Counted from the first letter of the whole stretch, positions 1 to 10,992 are shown. The stretch: 63,429 nucleotides of DNA, filler included, from Reticulomyxa filosa (GCA_000512085.1; 23 parts of 23 records of this genome joined end to end with filler, not necessarily neighbours in it); one strand, 5' to 3'. Program-made: numbers and translations. The notes: a model not told the origin generated them from the sequence alone.

Positions 1-621
1 TGCAAAAAGGTTCAACCTTTACTATGTGACAACAAATGGGCTCAGTGCACAACAAACAAAATTTGAAAACAAGAACATAAAACGATTAAACTTAAAACAA
101 AGACCAAATTGAACTAAAGTTCCAAAATTTGTTGTTCAAAGTCAACATTTGCATCATAAACTATTCTCTTATATTTCATGCGCTTGTGTATTTTGATGTT
201 TTTTCATGCTATAAAAATTTTGGCTCTCATTGCTAATTAGGTCGCCAGGTGACAAACAGGTACAAACTCCGGTTCGACTGAGTTTTTTAATGAACAGAAG
301 CTCTTTGTTAGCTTTTTTGATTTGACGTTGAAATCGGTTTTTGCTCTTTTGGACTAATTCTTTGAGATTTTGCTAAGCGTTTATACGGTGAAATTTCATA
401 GTAGTTTAACAACACTTCAGAGCGTCTCTATAATACTTCGGAGTGGAAAAAATTTCGAATTAGTGTGACAGTACAACAGTTAAATCTGCAAAAAATAGAG
501 TATTTTAATTCAACTGCTTATTGCCAATTTTTTAATTCGCTTTGACGTTTACGTTTACGCTTAGTTTTTTTTATTTTAGTACTTGATTTTTTGTCTTTGT
601 CTGAATACTGGTTGGATAGTT

Positions 622-1295
622 ATGATGGAACTAGGAGATACAATTGGGCAAGGAGATACAATTGGGCAAGGAGATACAATTGGGCAAGGAGCCACAGTCG
701 AACAAGAAGCCACGGTCGAACAAGGAGCTACGATTGGGCAAGGAGCTACGGTCGAACAAGGAGCCACGGTTAAACAAAGAACCATGATCGAACAAGGAGC
801 CACGGTCGAACAAGGCGCTACGATGTACCAAGACGAAGGCAAAATTGACTCACAGATAGATGCTGGTTCTTATGAAACAAAAGAATCAGAGGACTTGAAT
901 GTACCGACACCAGGACAGGACTTGAATGTATCGACACCAGGACAGGATTTGACGGAAGCAGGTTCCAATACAATGGTATCAGACCAGGGTTTGGCGACTG
1001 CAGACCCCAATACAGTGACAACAGGCTCGGATTTCGTGGTGGAAGATTTCAAATTAATACAGGAAGAAACTGAAATCTTTGAATTTTTTAAGAGCCGTCA
1101 CGAAGAGTTGAGCAGCGATGTAAACAACAGAAACGCAATAATGTTAGAGGAATTGAAAGATTTTGAATCAACTCCCAACGTTGTTCGAGCTGTTAAATCG
1201 ATTTTATTAAAAGTAGTTGTTGACGTGGATTCTGGAGTGGTTAAAAATCAGTGTGAAACTTTAACTCCAAAAGATAAGTTAAAGTTGGCATTTTG
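622..1295 (+). CDS. Hypothetical acidic protein with N-terminal hexapeptide repeats (3' truncated by contig end)
   Basis: Open frame from ATG 622 to the contig end. It contains [IV]-[GE]-Q-G-[AD]-T repeats, then DLNV(P/S)TPGQ repeats, then a helical-looking region. Confidence 0.7.
631..828 (+). repeat. 11 x 18-bp coding tandem repeat (caaggagatacaattggg / caaggagccacggtcgaa variants)
   Basis: Units are visible at 18-nt period from 631 to 828 and preserve the reading frame. Confidence 0.95.
889..951 (+). repeat. 2.3 x 27-bp coding tandem repeat (DLNV[PS]TPGQ)
   Basis: gaggacttgaatgtaccgacaccagga / caggacttgaatgtatcgacaccagga / caggatttg. Confidence 0.9.
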
Positions 1296-1395
1296 NNNNN
1301 NNNNNNNNNNNNNNNNNNNNNNNNNNNNNNNNNNNNNNNTTAATTAATTAANNNNNNNNNNNNNNNNNNNNNNNNNNNNNNNNNNNNNNNNNNNN
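1296..1395. other. Artificial contig linker (first of 22 identical N44-TTAATTAATTAA-N44 spacers; others start at 4456, 5572, 7773, 10167, 11952, 13235, 16276, 24300, 25578, 26758, 32164, 35232, 38077, 40808, 45464, 48220, 51579, 54850, 57106, 59520, 62330)
   Basis: Identical 100-nt blocks. The palindromic core TTAATTAATTAA places stop codons in all six frames. Confidence 0.98.
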
Positions 1396-2279
1396 CAATT
1401 TTTCAAAAAATTATGCTCGATTTAAAAAAGACTAAGAATCCTTAAATCTAAAACCGATTGCCTTATTAATGTTATGGAATTCTACATCAATTTAGAAAAC
1501 TTTTTGCAAGAGTTATGGAAAATGTACAATAATGTGATAAATGCTTGCTTTGTTATACAAATTTAATTATTTTTATTTATATTTAATGTTTCATCTATTT
1601 TTTCTTTATCTAAATTGCTATAAAATAATCCACGCTTTTCACATTAAAAGAATATATCTGTTTCGTTCTTGTATGAAGAATACACATTTTGAAATACACT
1701 AAGAGATGTGACGCATCAATCTCATTTTTGCAAAATCGTCCATACGTAGAATCAGTTAATTACAAAAAAATGAAATAAAAAACAATAACAAAAAAAAAAT
1801 TGAAAGAATTAGAATAAGTAAATAAAAATGGTTCAGTAAAAAAGGTGTTACTTTTTCACTTCGAGCTTCGATATTGACATATAAATTTTCTTCAAAACAT
1901 TAAAGTTATTAATCGCTTTTGGATTTTGTATAATACACGTTTGTCTTTCAAATATTTTTCCATTACATTCTTTTTTGGAAATAATATTTAACAACAAAAA
2001 TATCGAAAGAACTTTTTTTTACAAGAAAATATTATTAAATTCGATAAAATAATAACCAACTAAAAGCAAATATTTTCAAAACTCTTTTTAATTTGTATAT
2101 ATTTGTGATATAAAATTCTACACATCAGTTTAATATTGACATTAAACAAATCTTTGCAAAAATGAATGAAACTATTTAATAATTCTACAAAACATAAAGT
2201 CACTGCACCTTAAGATAAAATACCAAAAAACTTCTAAGACGTCTTGTAGGTAAGTTTTTTCTTCTAATTTTTCTGAATC

Positions 2280-3785
2280 ATGTCGTTAGGTTTTTACGCT
2301 GCACCGCTGTTTGATATCTTAATTTTGATTTGTTTATTTGCCTGGATCCCTGTAAACACTCATCATTGGAACACACAGAAAAATATCTGCGCTAGTGCTT
2401 GTTCTTCCAGCTCTTGTACAGGGAACTGTGACGTGTACAGTACGTTTTTTAATCAGTACAGTTAAGAAAAAACCAAGGACAAAGACAAAACGAAATATTA
2501 AACTATTAAAAAAATTAAAGACTTTGGCTGCACTGATGGATGTGGTTCGTCTGATTGCACCTGCTACCCGTCACAATCATTGTATTCATTATACATATGC
2601 TACATTGTGTTTTTATCACTTGGATTAGTATATGATATGGTCAACGGATTTATCGTTCTCTGTGTGGTATCGAATGGAGACGATTGTTGTCGCGACTGTA
2701 ACCGCAACTGTAACCGCGACTGTACCTGCTGCGGATGCGACAAATGCTACTATAATATTGTTGACACGTGGGCATTGCTTCCTATCTTTTTTTTTGCAAC
2801 TGGTCGGGGGAGATAATCACATATACTTGTACATATGTATACGTATATAATCTGTGCACGGACGTGCTTTGAGATCACTTTTTGTGACAGTATCTCCCTT
2901 GTTTATTCATGTGCTGGCACGTACAAATTATCATATAAAAAAAATTATTCTAAAGGCCGTTATCAAGCGATAAAGAAGGAGAGTGATGAAGGAAAAATTC
3001 CGGCGTTCACAGTGCTGAAATTTTTTCGTTGGGTAATGCGTGATTTCGTGATGCTGATCATTCTTATTGTGTACGCCCCAAAAGTAAATTATTCATTTTG
3101 GTTCATTTTGTATGTGATTGCATTTGTCGGATACTTGGTCGCCGTGCGAGTAAGAGTTAACAGGCAATTACAACAGCAACAAGCCGCAAACCAGCCAGGT
3201 ATATGTTGCTCGTGTCTATTTGTTGAACCGATTGGCATACGTTTGAGCAAACGTATTGTATGTACAACCCATGTGGCATATATAGCGTCCGTACAACCAT
3301 ACTCTGTCAACCAACAAGTTATACAGCCCCAAACTGTACAACAACCAGTCACGTTGCAAATCTTTAATAAACCTCAAGTCAATTATCCGTCTCAAGTCAG
3401 TTATCCGCCTCAAGTCAATTACTCGCCTCAAGTCAATTACTCATCTCAAGTCAATTACTCATCTCAAGCCAATTATCCGTCTCAAGTCAATTATTCATCT
3501 CAATCGACTCCGTATATCGTACCACAGTATAATCAAAATGCCTTGCAACAACCCTCTAATATTACGGTTAGGAGTTCTTTTTTTGATTGTAACTTGTACA
3601 TTCTTTTTTCAAAAAGATTTCTCATCGATCTCTGTTTTTGTTTGCTTGTTTGTCTGCTCTTCTGTAGACGCCGCAAGTTCCTCAACAGTCAGTGTATATT
3701 CCCTCTGTTCCTTCTCAGAATCCTGGTTATTACAGCTACAATCCGCATGGCGAAGGTGACGGTGTTACCAATTACTAATTTTTAA
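2280..3785 (+). CDS. Multi-exon Cys-rich membrane protein with Q/P/Y-rich repetitive tail
   Basis: A GT-AG intron at 2461-2520 joins ...NQY to NFGCTDGCGSSDCTCYP in frame. Several hydrophobic segments, a CCRDCNRNCNRDCTCCGCDKC cluster and a QVNY[SP] repeat tail. Later exon structure is uncertain. Confidence 0.6.
3372..3497 (+). repeat. 7 x 18-bp coding repeat ([PS]QVNY[PS])
   Basis: (c/t)ctcaagtcaatta(t/c)(c/t)c(g/a) units in tandem. Confidence 0.92.
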
Positions 3786-4049
3786 ATTTTTAAAAATTTT
3801 TCTTCTTTGGCACTGCTTTCTTGTATATAGTGTCAGACGATCTGTTTCTTTGATATACACCTTTCTAAAGAGTCGTTCTAAGTTGGTTTATTTTTTGAGA
3901 CTTGATATGAGTGATCATTAGCCATCTCTTAACAAGTTTCTAAATGGAAACATTTAGTTTTTTTTAGCGACAAAAAAATGAAATAAAAGAGTGGAACAAA
4001 AGAAACACAACACAAAACAAGATATTTTTTACAAAATTTTTGAATCTTA

Positions 4050-4400
4050 TCAAATATGACAATAATTTGCAAAATTTTCAATATTAAAAGAGCATCTGCC
4101 AGGACACACTTCAACGACAACGTGAGGCATCATTTTTTGCAATACTTTGGACACTTCGATGATAGTGTTGATAGATTCAGCAGAAGAAATGACATAATCT
4201 CGATCAAGTATGATCCGTTTGATATGAATACCATAAAGCCATCGATGTATGTCCACTTCTCCAATATATTTGATTTTGTTGCCAGTTGTAATTTTCGCTG
4301 GAGTTTTGGACCAAAATGTTTTCAAATTCCAAGACATGTGCAAAGTATTGATATCTATTTCGTCCAATAATGGGCCCAAAGTTGAACAAATCTCATTAAA
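4050..4400 (-). CDS. Terminal exon of a hypothetical protein
   Basis: 109-aa open frame with protein-like composition. The upstream sequence runs into a (TA)n intron-like stretch at the contig end. Confidence 0.35.
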   Translation of the reverse strand, partial: FNEICSTLGPLLDEIDINTLHMSWNLKTFWSKTPAKITTGNKIKYIGEVDIHRWLYGIHIKRIILDRDYVISSAESINTIIEVSKVLQKMMPHVVVEVCPGRCSFNIENFANYCHI

Positions 4401-4619
4401 TTCAACGCCTATCTTGTGCAGTAAATATCACATTATATACAAATGTATATATATANNNNNNNNNNNNNNNNNNNNNNNNNNNNNNNNNNNNNNNNNNNNT
4501 TAATTAATTAANNNNNNNNNNNNNNNNNNNNNNNNNNNNNNNNNNNNNNNNNNNNAATCGTCATCTTCATCTTCTAATATAACAAAAAAAAGAAAATATA
4601 AATAAATTCGATAAATACC

Positions 4620-5571
4620 TTTTCGAATTCGAATGAGTAAGCTTCCACCAGAGTTGTTCATTTGTATTTCGTTTTGAATATCAACACAAACAAGTTCTCT
4701 GGTCTTGAGATTCAAATTTTACATTATGTTACAGTTGGATCGACAATTTGGAAAGCTCCTTAGTTTTGTCCAATATATATCATGCACGAAGCGTAGCGAT
4801 TTCTTCGAGAATTACAATAATCAGCGATATAGCTATCGAACCCATTAATGATTTGCTTTTACATGGATTCAGTCAACAGTTTGTGCTAATCGAATAAATA
4901 TTACATTATGTCGGCAACCAAGTTGGTAAGTTTCATTGTTTTTTGTTCTCAAGAGAATTTAAGCATATTCTCAAATGTTCGATTTTCTACAATCCATTGC
5001 GCATATTTATAATCGACGGCAATTTCACTAATAATGGTTAGAGTAATGTTCAACAATCACGAGTCCGCTTTCAAATATCCTTCATTTGTTTTGTCATCGG
5101 TAGATTGCGGATTGTTGACGTTCATAAGCGATGAAGACACTGCAGCTAATGGATCGGCAATGCTACGATATAAATCCAAGCCAACATCAAACATTCTTCG
5201 AAAGAAACCGGACAACATATTGCTTTCAAGATTGCTATGACTATTGGAGATACTTATGTGAATGCAGGTTGCTCAGGATTTCGATCCGACCCTCGAGAAC
5301 GACGCAGTATTGCATTAGAATTGTTGTCATTTCGATTGTTGTTATTTTGGTTTGCATGAACGTCATCGTGTGGACAAGCCTTTGTTTGGAAGGAACTGTC
5401 TCCACTTGTCATATTCTCGGACCAGGTCCATGTACAGACAAGTCTTCAAGCATTCTCGTGCGTTGGAATCCAATAATCCTGTAATAATGATGAAATACGT
5501 GGTAATTCGTGATTGCATTTGCTTGATAGCAGTCAGATTTTTGTTGGAAAGATTGTCCTGGACCTTCAGTC
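4620..5571 (-). pseudogene. Degenerate coding sequence (helical-repeat-like)
   Basis: A long protein-like frame (e.g. SNMLSGFFRRMFDVGLDLYRSIADPL...LLNITLTIISEIAVDYKYAQWIVEN) is interrupted by TAA, TAG and TGA stops. Confidence 0.4.
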
Positions 5572-5820
5572 NNNNNNNNNNNNNNNNNNNNNNNNNNNNN
5601 NNNNNNNNNNNNNNNTTAATTAATTAANNNNNNNNNNNNNNNNNNNNNNNNNNNNNNNNNNNNNNNNNNNNTTTTCGGAATAGTCAAGTGAGTCTCAAAA
5701 AAAAAAAAAAAAAAATAAATAAAGAAAAGAATACGTTTTAAAAAAATTTTACTTTAATACACACAACCAAACTCAATAAAAAAAAACAACTATATATTGC
5801 ATCCATTCCATGGTCGAAGA

Positions 5821-6308
5821 CTAAAGGATTATTTTTATGACCGCTACTATTGTTACATTATTACCGAGTTAGCGTCGTATGATTTAACAAGTATGTGATG
5901 TGTGTTCAAAAAAAAAAAAAAAAATTGATATGAAAAGAACACAAAATAAAATAAAAAAAAGGATTCGCCAAAAAAACAGGGGATTTTCGATGGATAATTC
6001 GACCACTGTTAAGGACAGTGAGCATACTGCACGAACGTAAGATAGCACACCGGGACATAAAACCAGAAAATGTGGTGATCTTTGAAAAAGAGACAAAGGA
6101 GGGCAAGCATGAAAGTGACAGCGAAAGTCAAAGCGACAAAGAGGAGATAGAAACATCAGAAGAGGAAGAAGGAGAGGAAGTATACAAAAGCGAAGATGAT
6201 CATGAATATGAAAATGGACGTGGCATAGTGAAGATGATTGACTTTGGTAATGCAATGTACGTGAACAATAGTAATGATCATGACAATAATAATAGTAATG
6301 ATCATGAC

Positions 6309-6348
<40 letters not shown>

Positions 6349-6839
6349 GTAATAGCAATAGTGGCAGTGCAAATGAATACAACGAATTGGTTGGTACATT
6401 ATGCTACATGTCCCCCGAGAGATTAGACTATCATTTGCCATGGCACGAATGGAGTGGCGACGTGTGGGGCATTGGTGTGATAACATATGAGCTGTTGTTC
6501 CATTGTCGATTGTTTGCACTCGATCTATCCGTTCGTGCAATGCAGCAGCGAATTGCACAAGACTTGGAATGCATCCTATGCTCCTCGTTTTCGCAACCGA
6601 GGCCCGCCCACGTGTTGTCCGACGCGGAGTGGTGTTTGCTCGAACACTTTATCCGACATATGCTGGTCGTCAACCCCAAGCGTCGTCCAACCGCATCGCA
6701 TGCGTTGAACCATCCTTGGCTGGCCACATCTTCGAGTCTCGTCCTACTCACCCGCGAAGATGCACTTGGGCAAGCCGCTCTTTGGGAGCAAGCCATTGTT
6801 ACATACTGTCCGTCACACGACACTTGTGTGAACACGTAG
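5821..6839 (+). CDS. Ser/Thr protein kinase, C-terminal exons
   Basis: HRDIKPEN, MIDFG, GTLCYMSPE, DVWGIG and RPTASHALNHPWL motifs. An upstream exon LKDYFYDRYYCYIITELA ends at a GT donor at 5891. Confidence 0.93.
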
Positions 6840-8184
6840 CTTTTTATTTTATTATTATTATTATTATTATTATTTTTTCTGTCATCTTCTTTGTCTTGTT
6901 CTCTTTTTGACGCTTTCTCGTCTTGTCCTGGTTGTGTGGGAGGGGGCTTTTTGAATGAGAAAAAGATGAGAAGAAGAAGAAGAAGAAGATTTTTCCATGT
7001 TCATGTCAAGGGAGATCCACAGGGATTTTTTTCACCCCCAAAAAAAAATTAATAATTAAACAAAAAAAAAAAGGCTTTTTGGGATGCAGTTTTTATATTG
7101 CTCCCTAAAATACTTTTGAAAATGTATTAATTTTTTTTTATATTCCTTTTTTTTTTTTTTTGTTTAGGTTAAATTTTTTAATATCCCTTGCTATGTCATA
7201 CAAAACATTCTTGTTTTGTCTCATTGTTGGTAGTCGCTCTTTTTTCTCCTTTCTGTGCCATACACGAACGGATATTGAATTTCTACTTTCTCTTTTTTGA
7301 GTTTCTCATTTGATCCTTTTTTTTTTTTATGATTTATTGTCTTTTTTTTTGTTGTAGTTTTGGCATCTTTTCTGTCAATACGGTTATATATAACTCTGGT
7401 GTGGTTATTGTTGTAGGTTTTGTATCAAACTTTTCTTTCGCTTGAGTTGGTAGCCCCAAAAAAACCATTTCACTAGTTGAAGTCTGTGTTTTCCTTGCAG
7501 TGTTTTGTTTGCTTGTATTTTCAAGTTTAAATTCTTTTGTTGGATTGTTCATACAACGGTTTTTCTACTTGCAAAATACTTCATAATCAAACAAAATAAT
7601 TAATAAATTTATTAACTATATTTCCAAGTTTTATGAAAAAAATTCTTTCTTCACTTGTTCTGACAGGGGAGTTGCCAAGAAGGAAAGAGGGGCAGGAGAG
7701 AAAGAGAAACATACAAAAAAACTTGTTGAAACACAATGTCAGACAAACCCTCGAGAGGCTTGGTGTTAAAAANNNNNNNNNNNNNNNNNNNNNNNNNNNN
7801 NNNNNNNNNNNNNNNNTTAATTAATTAANNNNNNNNNNNNNNNNNNNNNNNNNNNNNNNNNNNNNNNNNNNNTAGTCAATGATGATTCAGGGGGATTTAA
7901 TTTTTTTTTTTTTTTGTTACCTTTGGCAACGCTTTTTATTGTAGTTCATTTTTGGGTGGTTTCGATGTCGGTTCAGCATCTAGTGTGTTGTGGAAGTGCT
8001 TTTAAACTTACAGTGTATCTTGTCCTCAGTTGCTTAAGTGTACCGATGTGCAAACTACTGGTAATTGAGGATAGTAACTCTTTTACTTTCCAGCAATTAC
8101 AATCCCAACATTGATGCAGATGGGGATTGGTAATTGATCAAGATATGAAATTAACATTAAGAATACCAACATACAAACAGATCT

Positions 8185-8350
8185 ATGATCAGTAGTCTAT
8201 TGGTATTCCAGAACAATATCAACGGATTTTATTCCAAGGCCCAAATACTAGAACAGGATTTGCATTATAAGCAGCCCCATATCTGTTTATTGCAAGAAGG
8301 ATTTAGATCGAAGAGAAGGACATCGATTATAATTTCCAGTATTCTTAATT
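8185..8350 (+). mobile_element. Fragment of an apurinic-like endonuclease (APE) domain of a non-LTR retrotransposon
   Basis: LLVFQNNINGF...PHICLLQE matches the N-x-N-G and I-x-L-Q-E motifs at the start of LINE ORF2 endonucleases. Confidence 0.65.
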
Positions 8351-8629
8351 TCATTGTATCAAATGGACTACATATTTTAAATACAATGCCATTTGACTTT
8401 TTTTTTAAAGCTTTTGCACTGGAAGGGCTGTGAAGGTTTCAGACTACTCCTTTTTTCATCATCTTAACTGATTTTGCGCCCTTACTCTGAACTCCAAACG
8501 TGCAAACAAAAGCAAGTTAAAGCACCTGGACCAAAATAGGTCGTGGCACTAATAAAAGAAAACGAAAAATAATTACAATTGTCACAAAACGCAAAAGAAA
8601 TATAAAGTTGTTTAAATTTGTCAGTTTAT

Positions 8630-10155
8630 TTAAATTTTCCTTCCAGTTGCGACAACGAACTTTGAAAGTTCCTTGACGATTTAATTCTTTTCTCCAACAA
8701 TCAAACTTCTCAGGTTCGATATCTTGAATTGAAAATGCGGCGACAATGATTTCACTTCCTCCATTAGGAAATGCTCCACAGTTTCTTCTTCATCTTCACA
8801 CCACTTCAGTCTGGTGTGATTGACCTTTTAATCTTGAACAGAAATCCATTTAATCCCATTTTGCATGTGATCCCTCTACAAACAAATCTACGCTCGTGTA
8901 CTTCCAACTTGTGGAGTACAATCTTCTCAAATGACTGGTCTTCGATCATGTTCCTGATGTACTTCTTCGGGGCAATTTATTCCCTCATTTGTCCAATGCA
9001 TGTTCCATTCTTCCATGAGAATGTGTTCAATCCATTGGCATTCTTCGATAGAGATCAGGTTGATCCACCTCTGCTTTAAATCTTGCTTTTTTCGTCACTG
9101 TATCTGCTCTTTCATTCCCAGTATTTCAGAATGTCCTTTAGTCCAACAGATTTCTGGAATATCTTTTTCTCCAAGTTCTTTCATCATTCTTTGACATTCT
9201 GCAATCTGGAAGTTATAATTTTCTGAATTGCATTTGTTGAGAACCGAGTTCACAACAAATTTACGATCAGAACTCTTTCATCCTTTAATAGGGTATTCCA
9301 ATTCAATCCATTCTGGAATGGATGGGTCTTGGATAACCAATCATGCTCCACCAATTCCTGGATCTGGTTTGCAACTCCCATCTGCAAATATTACAATTGT
9401 GTTGTCCTCCAACGATGCCAATATCTGTTCTTGCGTTGGCTCAATCCACTTCTCAAATAGACTTGCTGGGATGCAGTAATCTTGCAACTTGCATTGAGGG
9501 CTTGTTCCAAGGTCGAGTTTGTTCTGGTCTGGACAGAGTGGATAATTTCCCACTCCAAATAAGTCTTTCTCCTGTATCAATGTTATAACTCGATTTCCAT
9601 ACGCTTGACTGAGATTATGTCTTGGAAGTCTTTTACTCCATCAAATGCTTTTGTGATACAGTTTTATTTCTTCTTGTCTTCGTTGCAATTCAAATGGTGG
9701 AAATTGTGATAACACATTCATCGTATCGTACGCTGTCGAATTCACATTGCAATCATTTGGACTCTTTCCAATCTTTTCTTATGTGATTCTGCTGCTCCAC
9801 AAATATCCAATGATGATCTGATGATTGTTGTGTATAATAAATTATACACAGATAAACTTGGACGAATTCCTTTGTAGGAGCAGGAATGTCAGATATTCTA
9901 ATTTCTTTGATGCTTTGCCATAAGTGTAGTTGATGTTGCTAGTATGTCATTTGTGAATCAATAATTAATCCCAAATACTTGACATGGTCTGCTTCTTCAA
10001 TGTCATTTCCATTCAGGTTCAATTCCATCTTTGGATAACATCTTCTATCTGGATGCCCATTTTGATACATTATTCAAACTCTGTTGCAACTCCATCTCTT
10101 CATCACTTGTATAAATGGATGTCCACACACCACATCATCTTCGAACATTCCACAC
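8630..10155 (-). mobile_element. Decayed LINE ORF2: RT C-terminal part, RNase H and C-terminal Cys/His region
   Basis: Minus-strand motifs in the expected order: GMFEDDVV (YADD-like), HVKYLGLIIDS, IVIFADGSCKPDPGIGGA and ICWTKGHSEILG (RNase H), ETVEHFL, and FVVATGRKI-stop. Many stops and frameshifts. Confidence 0.85.
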
Positions 10156-10695
10156 TAAAAAAAAAANNNNNNNNNNNNNNNNNNNNNNNNNNNNNNNNNN
10201 NNNNNNNNNNTTAATTAATTAANNNNNNNNNNNNNNNNNNNNNNNNNNNNNNNNNNNNNNNNNNNNTAATCTTTTGTTTTAAATTGCTCAAAAGAGCGAA
10301 AACCTTTCGTGTTATAGTTTGCACACCTCTTTCAGCAGCAGGAAAATCCACAATATGAAATGCACAGATTAGAAGAAAATTTTGATATGATACAATTATA
10401 TCAGATTCTATGGAGATAAATTCATACAAACGATAAAAATTATGCGAAATTGTTTTAATTTTATTATTTGAATCAAAACCATAAAATTTTCATCTATCAG
10501 AAGACAAAACAAAAACACTTTTTATTTGAAATAACAATACATAATAAACAACTGATGTTAGACATTCTGAAATAAATAAAAACTATACAATTGCATATTG
10601 GTTCTGATGTCCCAAAATTGGATTGTATTGTCACTTGCTAGAACATATTATATGGAATCTCTACTTTCGAATGAAAAATATTTATACAATGCAAA

Positions 10696-10992
10696 GCACC
10701 CGTATGTCCTTTGTAAGGTAAAGCCTTATTTACAAGTTCAAATAAAGGAACTGTGGGACCCCCTGTGGGATTTGTGAGAAGACTAAGTGTAATACGAAAG
10801 GAACTTAGTTCCAAAAGAACAACTTCAGTAAAAGAAAGTAAATTAAAAAAGAATAATAACAACTAAAATGAAAGAAACAAGTACAACGAGAGAAAAGTGA
10901 GTTGTGTTGAGAAGAGAGTTTTAACCCAATGGGGGTCCCACCGTTCCGTTAGTAGTTGGGGATTTATAATAGGTACTTCCCCTACAAGTGCT
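10696..10992. other. Non-coding element with nested inverted repeats (candidate structured ncRNA or solo LTR)
   Basis: GGAACTGTGGGACCCCCTGTGGGATT (10747-10772) is near-complementary to AACCCAATGGGGGTCCCACCGTTCC (10923-10947). There is an outer AGCACCCGTA/TACAAGTGCT pair and several smaller hairpins. Confidence 0.55.

Noticed and set aside
221-283. tRNA or tRNA-derived SINE (GGTTCGAC B-box-like)
   Set aside because: No cloverleaf could be folded and the A-box match is weak.
631-828. CRISPR-like array (also 3372-3497)
   Set aside because: Units are head-to-tail without unique spacers, are multiples of 3 and lie in open frames. No cas genes.
1340-1351. Recurrent palindrome TTAATTAATTAA as a biological repeat
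   Set aside because: Always centred in N-runs of fixed length. It is an assembly concatenation linker.
4620-5571. Alternative genetic code explaining in-frame stops
   Set aside because: All three stop types and frameshifts co-occur, while intact genes (kinase, WrbA-like, Kelch) read normally and end at standard stops.
10781-10800. U2 snRNA-like AAGTGTAATAC
   Set aside because: The branch-pairing GUAGUA is not intact, and the U2 5' stem and Sm site are absent.
10921-10940. RNase P/MRP CR-V-like AACCCAATGGGG
   Set aside because: No matching CR-I (GAAAGUCCCC/GGAANNUC) was found at the expected position.
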